Source: a bacterium (GTDB taxonomy: Bacteria; UBA8248). Taken from it: a stretch of 64,000 bases of DNA. The position numbers and the translations under genes were made by a program. Of the stretch, positions 47,605 through 57,817 are shown piece after piece; position 1 is the stretch's first letter, and every line of letters begins with the position of its first letter. Location: contig OY843592.1 of NCBI GenBank assembly GCA_963692865.2, positions 2,080,001 through 2,144,000 of the forward strand. The letters are read 5' to 3'. The notes below the pieces were generated by a model. It did no database searches and was not told the origin of the DNA. It saw only the letters and a program-made list of their open reading frames with translations.

Positions 47605-49230
47605 TTATTCCGCGCGAACGTCTTTTGAAGCCACATAGCCGTCAGGATTGATGACGGCGTCGATGACCCAGGGTTTGTCGGATGCAAATGCGTGTCCCAG
47701 CGACTTTCTCAATTCCTCTTCGGAAGTAACCCTTTCTCCCTCGCAACCCAAGCCTTTCGCTACGGATGCGTAATCGGAATCGCGAAATTCAGTGCCTAGG
47801 CGCGGGAAAGAGCGGTTGTCTTGTTTGATTTTGATCAGATTCAGATAGCGATCGTTGAATACAACGGTGACGAACGGGATATCTTCTCGAACGGCGACTT
47901 CCATGTCGCCGATTCGCATGAGAAAACCACCATCCCCGGTAAGGCAAACAACGGGCGTATCCGGTTCGGTTAATTTGGCAGCCATGGCGGCTGGGGTGGC
48001 GACGGCCATCGAACCCAGCCCGCTGGAGGTCAAGTAACCAAGAGGACGTCTCGTCTCCCAGATGTCGTTGGCCAGGACTTTGTGGCTTCCCGCGTCCGCG
48101 GTCATGATGCCGTTATCGGGGAGGCATTCCCGTGCAATCCGAATCACGGCGCCGGGCATCAGGCCCTCTCCGGTAGGGAACAATGCGGATTGCCTCATTT
48201 TCTTATAGGAATCCATCTCCTCGGTGTTCCAGGCATGGTTGGCTGAGACGGAGGCGCTCAATTCCCTGAGGATGTCTGCGAGATTGGAGACGACTTCGAC
48301 TTCCGGTCGAATCAAGTCATCAAGGTGCGGCACTTCGTCCAGGTTGATTACCCGTTGGGGGTAGTCCCAATGTCCGGGAGCGAATACTTCTACCGTATCA
48401 AAGCCCACCAGAATGAAAAGGTCCGATTTGTCTATCAACTCCCGTTCTGATGGGGCGCCTCGGAAGGTGCCCATGGCGAGGGGATGTTGTTCCGGCAGCA
48501 CACCCTTCGCCGAGGGTGCGGCGAGAACGGGCGCCCCGAGTTTCTCCGCAAAAGAGACGAATTCTCTTTCCGCCTCTCGTCCCGAACGGTTCACCTGAAG
48601 ACCTGCTATCACTACCGGGTTGTTCGACTCCGAGATAGCGTCGAGTGCCGCGCGAATGCCCGGATGGGCTGACCCGATGCGTCCGATGAATTTTTGGAGT
48701 TTCTCGCCGGGCGGAAAATCGTCTTCTCCGGCGCTCGCCAGCATGACGTCGTAGGGGAGGTCCACGTGTACGGGCCCCGGTCTTCCTTCCATTGCCAGAG
48801 CCAGCGCCCGCCGGATGGCGACCGCCGCGTTATCCTTCGCGAGCTTGAAGGTGCCTTTGGTGATGGGGCGAAACAACCGGTTCTGGTCGAGTCTTTGCCT
48901 GCCCTGGCGGCGAAATTGCTCGTCGGAGAAGCGGTCGGTCAATATGAGGCATGGGGCGCGTTCGAGGAAATTGTTCGCCACACCGTGGAGGACGGCGGCC
49001 GCCCCGGGGCCGACCCCCGTACTCACGACTCCCGGCCGCCCCGTCATGATGCCGTACGTTCCCGCCTTCACGGCCGCGCTGCTCTCGTTGCTGCAGAGGA
49101 TGTAGCGTACGCCGCGCTTTCTCGCGGCTTCGATGAGCTCGACGGAACTCAAGCTTCCGGGCACTCCAAAGATGAATTCGATGCCCGCGTCTTGAAGAAC
49201 GTCCGCCACCACATCGGCATACGTCGACAT
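47605..49230 (-). CDS. Thiamine-diphosphate-dependent enzyme (acetolactate synthase-like)
   Basis: FGVPG, NESSA, GVGPG, GRPGPVHVDLP, GDGG...ND. Confidence 0.9.
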   Translation of the reverse strand: MSTYADVVADVLQDAGIEFIFGVPGSLSSVELIEAARKRGVRYILCSNESSAAVKAGTYGIMTGRPGVVSTGVGPGAAAVLHGVANNFLERAPCLILTDRFSDEQFRRQGRQRLDQNRLFRPITKGTFKLAKDNAAVAIRRALALAMEGRPGPVHVDLPYDVMLASAGEDDFPPGEKLQKFIGRIGSAHPGIRAALDAISESNNPVVIAGLQVNRSGREAEREFVSFAEKLGAPVLAAPSAKGVLPEQHPLAMGTFRGAPSERELIDKSDLFILVGFDTVEVFAPGHWDYPQRVINLDEVPHLDDLIRPEVEVVSNLADILRELSASVSANHAWNTEEMDSYKKMRQSALFPTGEGLMPGAVIRIARECLPDNGIMTADAGSHKVLANDIWETRRPLGYLTSSGLGSMAVATPAAMAAKLTEPDTPVVCLTGDGGFLMRIGDMEVAVREDIPFVTVVFNDRYLNLIKIKQDNRSFPRLGTEFRDSDYASVAKGLGCEGERVTSEEELRKSLGHAFASDKPWVIDAVINPDGYVASKDVRAE

Positions 49231-49335
49231 TCGATCCCTCCCGGCATGCGCGAATTGTGGATAAGTCCGAATGATAATACCATAATTCAGTGGCGGTACC
49301 AGGAGACGGGCGACTATGAATGAAGGAGCGCCATT

Positions 49336-50181
49336 TTGTCGTTGAGTGACTCGCAATTAGAGGCCGTCTGTCATTTGTTGAGTGATGGTTCACCGGGTGT
49401 GACGACGGCATTGGACCGCCAGGTTTCCGGATTCTCGACCGACGAGCAGCTAAGACTTCTGGACATGATGAAGAAACGTGTGGCGAATAATGAGGTGGTA
49501 TTGCCGTCATCGCTGCTGGAATTCCATTACAATCAAATCGAAATCGCTTTTTCGGACTGGTCTCTTTCCCCGGTAGAAGATGCGGACCTGGAAGATGCGT
49601 GTTTCTTGTTGGCGTCCTTCGGCCATCCGCTCGAAGACATGGAGATGAAAAAAAACGAACTGCTGGGCATGGAAAATGATTTGCGTGACCGTTTGGAGGG
49701 CTTGAGCCAGGCTGATGCCATGGTCGATGAAGTCGTGGAATACCTGCACGGAGAGCTTCGCTTCGATGGCGCTCGCAATAATTACTATGATGCGCAGAAC
49801 AGCTTTATGAATCGTGTGCTGGAACGCAGGCGGGGCATTCCCATATCGCTTTCCGCTTTGTATTTGATTCTTGGCGAACGACTGGACCTTCCCTTTCACG
49901 GAGTCGGGATGCCGGGCCACTTTATCGTCAAATACCAGGGTGATGAGAAACCCATTTTTTTGGACCCTTTCGAGAGGGGAAAACGCCTGAGCGTGGGGGA
50001 TTGTGCGGCGATTGTGCGTGGGCTCGGGTATCATTTCGACATGCGGTTTTTACAGGAAACCCCTCCTCGCCGCATCGTGGAGAGAATGATCAATAATCTG
50101 CTTGGGATTTATAAGCGTGATGGGGAAGATGAAAAGGTAACCTGCCTGCTTCGGTGTCGGGAACTGGCGCAGCGGGTGTAA
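49336..50181 (+). CDS. SirB1/transglutaminase-like (Transglut_core2) protein
   Basis: NYYDAQNS, RRGIPISLS, GVGMPGHF, LDPF, RMINNL. Confidence 0.88.
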   Translation: MSLSDSQLEAVCHLLSDGSPGVTTALDRQVSGFSTDEQLRLLDMMKKRVANNEVVLPSSLLEFHYNQIEIAFSDWSLSPVEDADLEDACFLLASFGHPLEDMEMKKNELLGMENDLRDRLEGLSQADAMVDEVVEYLHGELRFDGARNNYYDAQNSFMNRVLERRRGIPISLSALYLILGERLDLPFHGVGMPGHFIVKYQGDEKPIFLDPFERGKRLSVGDCAAIVRGLGYHFDMRFLQETPPRRIVERMINNLLGIYKRDGEDEKVTCLLRCRELAQRV

Positions 50182-50205
50182 AGACTACCAAAGAGGAAAA
50201 AGCGC

Positions 50206-50670
50206 ATGGAATACTTCGAACTGGCCGAAAATCTCGTGTTCGGCAGACAACCGGGCCGCAAGGATATGGAGGCTTTGGCGGACAAGGGGATAAGAACCCT
50301 GGTGAATGTTCGTATGGCTGATGAAGAAGAGCCGGAATTGCCGCCCGATGCAGAGAGAGAAGCGGCGTATGAGTTGGGTATGAACTTCGTGCATATTCCC
50401 GTGAACGCTGCCTCTATGAACGATGCATTGTCGCGAGAAATTCATGAAGCGCTACGTGAGGCCAGGAAAGACGGCCCGGTGTACGTTCACTGAAAAGGCT
50501 TGGGGCGAGCCGGGATTTGCTCGCTGATTCATCTGGCCGAAGAAGAAGACCTGAACGGAGACGAAGTGCTGCAAAAAGCGCGCGACGTCGATTTCGATTG
50601 GGAGACTTCCTCTATTGCGGGGTATTTCGAAGATTTCGCGAACAACAGAAAGAAAACCGGCGCATCATAG
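50206..50670 (+). CDS. DUF442/phosphatase-fold sulfurtransferase-like protein, probable selenoprotein (H-U-x4-R), 154 aa
   Basis: GRQP, GIRTLVNVR, LGMNFVHIPV, GPVYVH-U(50491-50493)-KGLGRAG; frame stays open to TAG 50670; hairpin at 50504-50525. Confidence 0.82.
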
Positions 50671-50686
50671 ACGGGCGCCGCAGCCA

Positions 50687-50727
50687 CAAAAAAAAAGAGG
50701 GGAGTCGTTCGCTCCCCTCTTTTTTTG
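50687..50727. terminator. Bidirectional intrinsic terminator
   Basis: A-tract-GAGGGGAG-loop-CTCCCCTC-T-tract between convergent genes. Confidence 0.85.
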
Positions 50728-50737
50728 TGGCCAACCT

Positions 50738-52429
50738 CTATTCGTCCGTCACGCATCCCTCAGAAGCCGAAGATACGCATTTGGCGTATTTATAGAGCGT
50801 GCCTTTCGTAAATTTCAGCGGGGGCGCGCTCCAGTTCAAACGCCGCCGCTCAATCTCCTCTTCTGGCACCTTGAGTTCCATGACGCGTTGTTGGGCGTCG
50901 ATCAGAACGGAGTCGCCGTCCTCGACGAGCGCGAGGAGCCCGCCGCTTTGGGCTTCGGGCGTGACGTGCCCGACGACGAAACCGTGCGTGCCGCCCGAGA
51001 ACCTCCCGTCCGTGATGAGGGCGAGGTCGTCCCCGAGGCCGGCCCCCATGATGGCGGACGTGACCGTGAGCATTTCCCGCATGCCCGGGCCGCCCCTGGG
51101 GCCTTCAAACCGGATGATGACGACGTCTCCCTTTTGAACCCTGTTTTCCTCCAACCCTTTGAGGGCGTCTTCCTCGGAATCGAAACAGCGCGCAGGACCC
51201 TCGAAACGCTCCCCTTCTTTTCCCGTGATCTTGGCGACAGCGCCCTCGCTCGCAAGGTTCCCGTAGAGAATCTGGAGGTGTCCCGTCTTCTTGATGGGAG
51301 AGGAAAGCGGCACGATGACTTTCTGGCCGGCGTGAAGGTCTGGCAAGGCCTCGATGTTCTCGCCGAGCGTCTTGCCCGTGACGGTAAGACAATCGCCATG
51401 GAGCAGGCCTTCTTTTAAGAGAAGTTTCTGAACGGCTGGAACGCCGCCCACGTCGTGTAAGTCTTCCATGACGAATTTCCCGCTGGGCTTCAAATCCGCA
51501 ACGTAGGGCGTTCTATCGCTGATTTCCTGAAAGTCGCCAATCGTGAGCTCCACCCCGACCGCCTTGGCGATGGCGATGTAGTGCAGAACAGCGTTCGTCG
51601 AGCCGCCGAGCGCCATGATGATCGTAATGGCGTTCTCAAACGCTTCTCTCGTCATGATGTCGCTGGGCTTGATGTCGTTTTCGAGCAGGTGATAAACGGC
51701 TTTCCCCACGTCGAGACACTCGTTTTTCTTGTCCTCGCTCATAGCGGGATTCGATGAACTGTATGGCAGGCTCATGCCCAGCGTCTCGATGGATGAGGAC
51801 ATCGTGTTCGCCGTATACATGCCCCCGCAAGCGCCGCCGCTCGGGCAGGCGTGCCGGATGACCGACTGAAAGCGTTCCTCGTCGATTTTTTCGGAAAAAT
51901 ACTCTCCATAGGCCTGGAAGGCGGAAACCACGTCCAGCTTCTCTCCATTGAGAAACCCCGGGCTGATGGTGCCGCCATAGACCATGAGGCTGGGCCGGTT
52001 GAGCCGCGCCATGGCGATGATGGATCCGGGCATGTTCTTGTCGCATCCGGGGAGTGTGACCAGGGCGTCATACCACTGCGCGCCGACGACGGTCTCGATT
52101 GAATCGGCGATGAGGTCTCGAGATTGCAAAGAGTATTTCATGCCCTCCGTGCCCATGGAGATGCCGTCACTCACGCCGATGGTGTTGAAAATGAGGCCGA
52201 CCATTTTCTTTTCGGCGTTCACGCTTTGCTTGATGTATTCGGCGAGCCGGTTGAGGTGGAAATTGCAGGAATTCCCCTCCCACCACATGCTGGCAATGCC
52301 GACCTGGGGGTTTTTCATATCGATTTCATCCAGACCCGCGCCGTAGAGCATGGCCTGTGAGGCGGCCTGTGAGGGCGGCTGGGTGATGCGCCGGCTGAAT
52401 CGGTTGAGTGCCGTTTTCTGCTCCGTCAT
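50738..52429 (-). CDS. ilvD: Dihydroxy-acid dehydratase
   Basis: [51 protein letters not shown]. Confidence 0.96.
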   Translation of the reverse strand: MTEQKTALNRFSRRITQPPSQAASQAMLYGAGLDEIDMKNPQVGIASMWWEGNSCNFHLNRLAEYIKQSVNAEKKMVGLIFNTIGVSDGISMGTEGMKYSLQSRDLIADSIETVVGAQWYDALVTLPGCDKNMPGSIIAMARLNRPSLMVYGGTISPGFLNGEKLDVVSAFQAYGEYFSEKIDEERFQSVIRHACPSGGACGGMYTANTMSSSIETLGMSLPYSSSNPAMSEDKKNECLDVGKAVYHLLENDIKPSDIMTREAFENAITIIMALGGSTNAVLHYIAIAKAVGVELTIGDFQEISDRTPYVADLKPSGKFVMEDLHDVGGVPAVQKLLLKEGLLHGDCLTVTGKTLGENIEALPDLHAGQKVIVPLSSPIKKTGHLQILYGNLASEGAVAKITGKEGERFEGPARCFDSEEDALKGLEENRVQKGDVVIIRFEGPRGGPGMREMLTVTSAIMGAGLGDDLALITDGRFSGGTHGFVVGHVTPEAQSGGLLALVEDGDSVLIDAQQRVMELKVPEEEIERRRLNWSAPPLKFTKGTLYKYAKCVSSASEGCVTDE

Positions 52430-52585
52430 GTTCTTTTCTCCTGTCCTCTCCTTGTCCTACGCATCAAAACGATGCGAATCGAGGTGCGGTGGTTGTCGGT
52501 TAGCGAGCCGATGGCATCCATAATGAATGGCCGAACTGTTTCCGGCATGTCTACCGAATATCAACTAGGAACGTCATGAATGACT

Positions 52586-53875
52586 CTACCACAACCTCAG
52601 GAAAATCGAGGAGGGGAATTCCTCATTCGCAGGAGGAAAACTCTTTTTCTTCGCAGGCTCCGGTGATTGGAGAATCGATGGAGCCTCGACGGGTTTTTCC
52701 GGTTTTTCGGGGTTTTGCGCGAGAGAAACTCCAAGAGGAGCGTGAATCTGTAGTTCTTCGCGGTTCGCCTTGGCTGGGTTTTCCTGAAAATTCGCTTTCA
52801 CCGTTTCGTGTCGCTCCGCTTGCGGCGGTTCCTTGACGGGCGTTTCGGTGTGATTCGCGTTGGCTTGATGGAGGGCGGAACCGTCATTCGCCGCATTGTC
52901 CGAAGAAATCTCCGAATGATCCTTGCGGGTTCGGGTCGCCTTAATTTTTCGTTCAGGATGATCGCCGTTGCGGGTGAGCGACGGTTTCGGCTTTTCTGGC
53001 TCGAACTTCGCTTTTTCGATCTTTCGGGACCGATTTCGGGGCGCCGGGGAAGTGGGTTTCGTTTTCGATTTAGGGGCCTTGGTTATTCTTTTTTGGTCCG
53101 GGATTTGTTTCGTCTTGGGCGCAGGCGCCGGAGTTCGTTCTTCCGGTGTATGAACTTGGGCCGGTTTGGCGTGAGTTCGTTTCGGTCCGCATTCGCGCAG
53201 GCGGTCGATATATTGCGCGTTCAGTGGCTGCGAACACGCATCGCGCGCGTTCGAGCGGTGAGCGATTTCGATGCCGTCGATGAATCCGTCTCCGTCGCTA
53301 TCGGTGAGCAGCGGATTCAAGCCGCGCGCTATTTCGTCTCCATCGTCAAGCAGGTCGCCATCCGTATCCGCCTTGAGCGGGTCGGTTCGGTATCGGCGGA
53401 TTTCCAGTGCGTCGGAAACCTTATCCCCATCGGTGTCGGCGTTGTCGGGCTTGGTTTTGTATTTGCGGTATTCCGCAAGGTCGGTGAGTCCATCCCCGTC
53501 CTGATCGACGCACTGTTTTTTCTCCATCTTTTCTTCCGCACGATTGATTGCCGTGCGCGCCCTCATGATGAACCGGGTCAGTTGCGCCATGGTGGCGGTT
53601 CTTTTCTCCTCCACCGCCTGGTAGACGGCGAAGCGCGCTACGCCGAAGCGCAGGGGAGCGCAAAGCTCCAGGTCGCCCGTTTGGTCGAGCTTGTCGAATT
53701 CACGGGTCAATTCGTTGAATTCCACATCAATGGCGTTTTTCAGGATTTTGACGGAGCTTTCTTTCACTTTGGGGTGAAGGGAATCGGCGCAACCAGACAG
53801 GCTTGCCCCGAAAACAAGCAGAGCCAAGAGCGTTGCAAATCTGAAAAAGTGTTTTTTCGCTTCAGACAATTTCAT
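52586..53875 (-). CDS. Lipoprotein with bacterial TSP3-like Ca-binding repeats and a low-complexity Pro/Lys tail
   Basis: LSGC lipobox; repeats DQDGDGLTD, DTDGDKVSD, DTDGDLLDD, DSDGDGFID. Confidence 0.78.
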   Translation of the reverse strand: MKLSEAKKHFFRFATLLALLVFGASLSGCADSLHPKVKESSVKILKNAIDVEFNELTREFDKLDQTGDLELCAPLRFGVARFAVYQAVEEKRTATMAQLTRFIMRARTAINRAEEKMEKKQCVDQDGDGLTDLAEYRKYKTKPDNADTDGDKVSDALEIRRYRTDPLKADTDGDLLDDGDEIARGLNPLLTDSDGDGFIDGIEIAHRSNARDACSQPLNAQYIDRLRECGPKRTHAKPAQVHTPEERTPAPAPKTKQIPDQKRITKAPKSKTKPTSPAPRNRSRKIEKAKFEPEKPKPSLTRNGDHPERKIKATRTRKDHSEISSDNAANDGSALHQANANHTETPVKEPPQAERHETVKANFQENPAKANREELQIHAPLGVSLAQNPEKPEKPVEAPSILQSPEPAKKKSFPPANEEFPSSIFLRLW

Positions 53876-54002
53876 ATCCCCACGAGTCGTCACTTCTTGT
53901 TTGCACATGCTCTATTCTTGCGTACCATACATCAATTAGCGGCTGAATTTCACATCTTCTTGTTGTCATTGCCATGATTTGCGTTTGTCCCGGGGAACAA
54001 GA

Positions 54003-54776
54003 TTGAGCGATTCCCAGCAAAAACTCATCGAGAAAGCGGCGGCATGGCTTATGAAATCCCGCTCCACGGTGTGCCTTACGGGCGCAGGCATAAGCACTGA
54101 AAGCGGCATTCCCGATTTCAGGTCCAAAGGCGGAATCTGGGATCGATTCGATCCGAAAGATTTCGAAATTCGTCGCTGGCTCGCTTCTGAGGATATACAA
54201 AGGCGCTATTGGGAAGTGGCGCAGGAGGGATACAACCTGGTTCGAAACGCCTCTCCTTCCAGTGGGCATTTCTCCTTGGCGAGGTTGTCTCGACACGGTC
54301 GACTGAAATTGCTTGTCACGCAGAATACGGACGGTCTTCACCAGAAGGCGGGTCATGATCCAGGCAAGATGGTAGAAATACACGGAACGAGTCATTCGTG
54401 TGTTTGTGTGGGGTGCGGCTCCAAATCGCCTCGCCCTGAAATACATGCCCGGGTTCAGGGAGGCGAAGCGGTGCCGAGATGCAAGGACTGCGGGAGCCTT
54501 CTGAAGCCGAATGCCGTTTTTTTCGGAGAGGGATTGCACCCTGAAAAATTGTCCCGCGCCGTTGAGGCGTCCCAAGAAGCCGAGGTTTTCCTGGTCGCCG
54601 GTTCCTCTTTGTCGGTAAGGCCGGCGGGCGGCTTGCCTGAGCGGGCAAGAAGGGCAGGAGCGCGCCTCATCATCATAAACGAGGGACCCACGCGTTTCGA
54701 CGCCAAAGCAGACATACGGATTGAAGGGAAAACCGGCGACGTGTTGCCGGCGCTCGTGAAGGTGGTTCTCGAGTGA
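54003..54776 (+). CDS. cobB: Sir2-family NAD-dependent protein deacylase
   Basis: TGAGISTESGIPDFR, TQNTDGLH, EIHG, two CxxC, KPNAVFFGE, GSSL. Confidence 0.93.
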   Translation: MSDSQQKLIEKAAAWLMKSRSTVCLTGAGISTESGIPDFRSKGGIWDRFDPKDFEIRRWLASEDIQRRYWEVAQEGYNLVRNASPSSGHFSLARLSRHGRLKLLVTQNTDGLHQKAGHDPGKMVEIHGTSHSCVCVGCGSKSPRPEIHARVQGGEAVPRCKDCGSLLKPNAVFFGEGLHPEKLSRAVEASQEAEVFLVAGSSLSVRPAGGLPERARRAGARLIIINEGPTRFDAKADIRIEGKTGDVLPALVKVVLE

Positions 54777-54938
54777 GCTTGGTTTGGATTTTTGATCTTC
54801 AAGGTCCTGGATGATAGAGTCCACGGCGAATCCTGAAAATATCAACGGATGCTCATCGACCGGGGATTCAACTGACGCCTGACGATATCCTTCCAGGATA
54901 TTATTTGCGCCTTGGTTATGAAAAATGGAGGAGTTCTT

Positions 54939-55874
54939 GTGGCCACGCATGAACTGGATACCACCGTCGATACCTGCCATTGGGGCTATTATGACTCTGA
55001 TCTCACTCCCGTCATGACGATTGCTTCCGGCGATACGCTCGTCGTGAAGACCGAATCCGGACGCAAGGATTTTCTGAAAATACATCCCGAAAGAATCTCG
55101 GATAATCTAAGGCGAATCCTGGAGACGATGGAGCAGGGTCCCGGGGCGCACATCATGACGGGTCCGGTGGCAATCGAAGGCGCCGAACCCGGCGATGTGC
55201 TGGAGATCAAGATTCGGGAAATCAGGCCCCGCTATGACTGGGGCTACAACGGCTTCAGACCCTTGGTGGGCGGCCTGCCGGAGGATTTCCCTTATATGAG
55301 AGTGGTGATTGTCGAGGTGGACGAGGAGAGCGGAACCGGGGACTGGGGCGCAGGAGTCAAGGTGCCGCTCGGGCCATTTTTCGGAAACTTCGGGGTAGCG
55401 CCCGCTCCGGCGCTCGGGCGCGTCGCGTCGTCTCCTCCGGGAGAGTGGGGAGGAAACACGGATTGCAAGGAATTCACGGCCGGCGCGACCATCTACCTGC
55501 CGGTTTTCAACGAGGGCGCCTTGTTCTCCGTCGGCGACGGGCATGGTTGCCAGGGAGATGGGGAGGCGAACATCAACGGAATCGAGATGGGCCTCATCGG
55601 CGCTTTCGAGATGAACGTCCGCAAGGACATGAGCATCAAGACCCCGCGCGCGGAAACGGAATCCCACTACATTTTGATGGGTTTTGATCCGATTCTCGAC
55701 AACGCGGCCAAAATGGCGCTGCGCGAGACGATACAGTTTTTGGGTGAACTTCGGGGCATGAGCCCGGATGATGCGTACAGGTTGTGCAGCCTGGCGGTCG
55801 ATTTGCGCGTCACCCAAATCGTGAACGGCACCAAGGGCGTGCACGCCATGGTGCCCAAATCTTTGTTCGAATGA
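54939..55874 (+). CDS. Acetamidase/formamidase family protein (copy 1)
   Basis: HWGYYD, HIMTGPV, GGNTD, GDGHGCQGDGE, CSLAVD. Confidence 0.9.
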   Translation: MATHELDTTVDTCHWGYYDSDLTPVMTIASGDTLVVKTESGRKDFLKIHPERISDNLRRILETMEQGPGAHIMTGPVAIEGAEPGDVLEIKIREIRPRYDWGYNGFRPLVGGLPEDFPYMRVVIVEVDEESGTGDWGAGVKVPLGPFFGNFGVAPAPALGRVASSPPGEWGGNTDCKEFTAGATIYLPVFNEGALFSVGDGHGCQGDGEANINGIEMGLIGAFEMNVRKDMSIKTPRAETESHYILMGFDPILDNAAKMALRETIQFLGELRGMSPDDAYRLCSLAVDLRVTQIVNGTKGVHAMVPKSLFE

Positions 55875-55899
55875 ATTTCATTTTTCGAAAGGGCCGACG

Positions 55900-56847
55900 T
55901 TGGCCGAACATGTGATCGCGCAAAACCCCGACAACATCCAGTGGGGTTATTATGACGCCGGGCTTTCTCCGGTTCTCACCGTGGCTTCGGGGGATGTGCT
56001 CGAAATTCACACCGAACCGGGGATACGGACCCTCGAATCTCCGATTCGGGAAAGAGCATCTGAAAGCCTGCGGGACATCGCCGAGCGTGGAAAGAGAGAC
56101 CTGGGAGGCCATATCCTCACGGGCCCCATCGCGGTGGAAGGGGCCGTCGGAGGAGACGGCCTGGAGGTGCGGTTTCTGGATGTCTGGCCGCGCTATGACT
56201 GGGGTTTTAACGTCATCCGCCCCTTGGCGGGTGGCTTGCCCGAGGATTTTCCGTATTCGAGAACGGTAATCGTGGAGATCGACAAGGAGGCGAATACCGG
56301 GGATTGGGGCGCTGGCGTGAAGGTGCCCTTGAGGCCGTATTTCGGTAATTTTGGCGTGGCTCCACCCAGTGATTTCGGCCGTGTTCCATCCACTCCGCCG
56401 GGAATCTGGGGCGGAAACATGGACAACAAGGAACTCATCGCGGGCTCTCGCGCCTATCTTCCCGTATTCCAGGATGGCGCTTTGTTCGCGATTGGGGACG
56501 GGCACGGTTGCCAGGGAGACGGGGAGAGTTGCCTCTCGGCACTGGAGTGCGGCATGTCCGCAAGGGTCGAACTCATCGTCCGCAAGGATTGGAGCTTGAA
56601 GATGCCCCGGGCAGAGACGCCCACGCACTATATCCTCATGGGCTTCGACCCGATTCTCGATAACGCGGCCAAGATGGCGCTCAGGGAAACGATAAATTTT
56701 CTCGGCGAGTTGCGAGGCATGAGCAGAGATGACGCATATACGCTGTGCAGCCTGGCGGTGGATTTGCGCATCACGCAGATTGTAAACGGAGTCAAAGGCG
56801 TTCACGCGATGCTGCCGAAGAGTATTTTTGATGAAGGAGTGTGTTGA
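55900..56847 (+). CDS. Acetamidase/formamidase family protein (copy 2)
   Basis: HILTGPI, GGNMDNKEL, GDGHGCQGDGE. Confidence 0.9.
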   Translation: MAEHVIAQNPDNIQWGYYDAGLSPVLTVASGDVLEIHTEPGIRTLESPIRERASESLRDIAERGKRDLGGHILTGPIAVEGAVGGDGLEVRFLDVWPRYDWGFNVIRPLAGGLPEDFPYSRTVIVEIDKEANTGDWGAGVKVPLRPYFGNFGVAPPSDFGRVPSTPPGIWGGNMDNKELIAGSRAYLPVFQDGALFAIGDGHGCQGDGESCLSALECGMSARVELIVRKDWSLKMPRAETPTHYILMGFDPILDNAAKMALRETINFLGELRGMSRDDAYTLCSLAVDLRITQIVNGVKGVHAMLPKSIFDEGVC

Positions 56848-57782
56848 TGGCGACTCATGAATTGATTGCGAAACCGGATACCGTTCATTGGGGTTTTTAC
56901 GACGCCTCTCTGGAGCCGGTGATGCGCATTCGCTCCGGCGATACGCTGGAGGTTCATACCGAATCGGGCCGGGATGAATATCTGGCGGAACTCGGTGGCC
57001 GGGCATCCCAGAATTTGAGAGACATCATCGCGCAGGTTCCCCAGGAACTTGGCCCCCATATCATGACGGGTCCTGTCGCCGTAGAGGACGCGCGACCCGG
57101 AGACGTGCTCGAAGTCCGCATTCATGAAGTCAAGACGCGCTATGACTGGGGCTACAACGCCATCCGGCCGATGATGGGCGGATTGCCCGAGGATTTCCCG
57201 TATACGCGCGCCGTCATCGTGGACCTCGATCTGGAAGCGCAGACGGGGGACTGGGGCGCGGGCGTCAAGGTGCCCCTCAGGCCTTATTTCGGGAATTTCG
57301 GGGTGGCGCCCCCGCCTTCCGTGGGCCGTGTGGGGAGTTATCCCCCAAGCGCTTGGGGCGGGAATCTGGACAACAAGGAACTCATATCTGGCTCCATCGC
57401 CTATTTCCCGATTTTCAACGATGGCGCGTTGTTCTCCGTAGGCGATGGACACGGTTGCCAGGGAGACGGGGAGGCCTGCTTGACGGCCATCGAGACGGGT
57501 CTCTCGGGGACGATGGAAATTATTCTCAGAAAAGACTTGCACCTCGAAAATCCCCGCGCGGAAACCGACACGCATCATATCCTGATGGGGTTTGACCCCA
57601 TCCTTGATAACGCGGCCAAAATGGCGCTGCGCGAGACGATACGTTTTCTGGGCGAGTTGCGAGGCATGAGCCGGGATGACGCCTATACGCTTTGCAGTCT
57701 TGCCGTGGATTTACGAGTGACTCAAATCGTAAATGGGGTAAAAGGAGTTCACGCCATGTTGCCGAAATCATTATTTACGTGA
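56847..57782 (+). CDS. Acetamidase/formamidase family protein (copy 3)
   Basis: HIMTGPV, GGNLDNKEL, GDGHGCQGDGE. Confidence 0.9.
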   Translation: MATHELIAKPDTVHWGFYDASLEPVMRIRSGDTLEVHTESGRDEYLAELGGRASQNLRDIIAQVPQELGPHIMTGPVAVEDARPGDVLEVRIHEVKTRYDWGYNAIRPMMGGLPEDFPYTRAVIVDLDLEAQTGDWGAGVKVPLRPYFGNFGVAPPPSVGRVGSYPPSAWGGNLDNKELISGSIAYFPIFNDGALFSVGDGHGCQGDGEACLTAIETGLSGTMEIILRKDLHLENPRAETDTHHILMGFDPILDNAAKMALRETIRFLGELRGMSRDDAYTLCSLAVDLRVTQIVNGVKGVHAMLPKSLFT

Positions 57783-57817
57783 TTTACGTGTTTGTTATCT
57801 CATAGGAGGGTCGGAAA

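Noticed and set aside
54003-54776. Sir2 as an anti-phage NADase (Thoeris/DSR)
   Set aside because: Canonical zinc-binding CobB-type deacylase with no defence partners.
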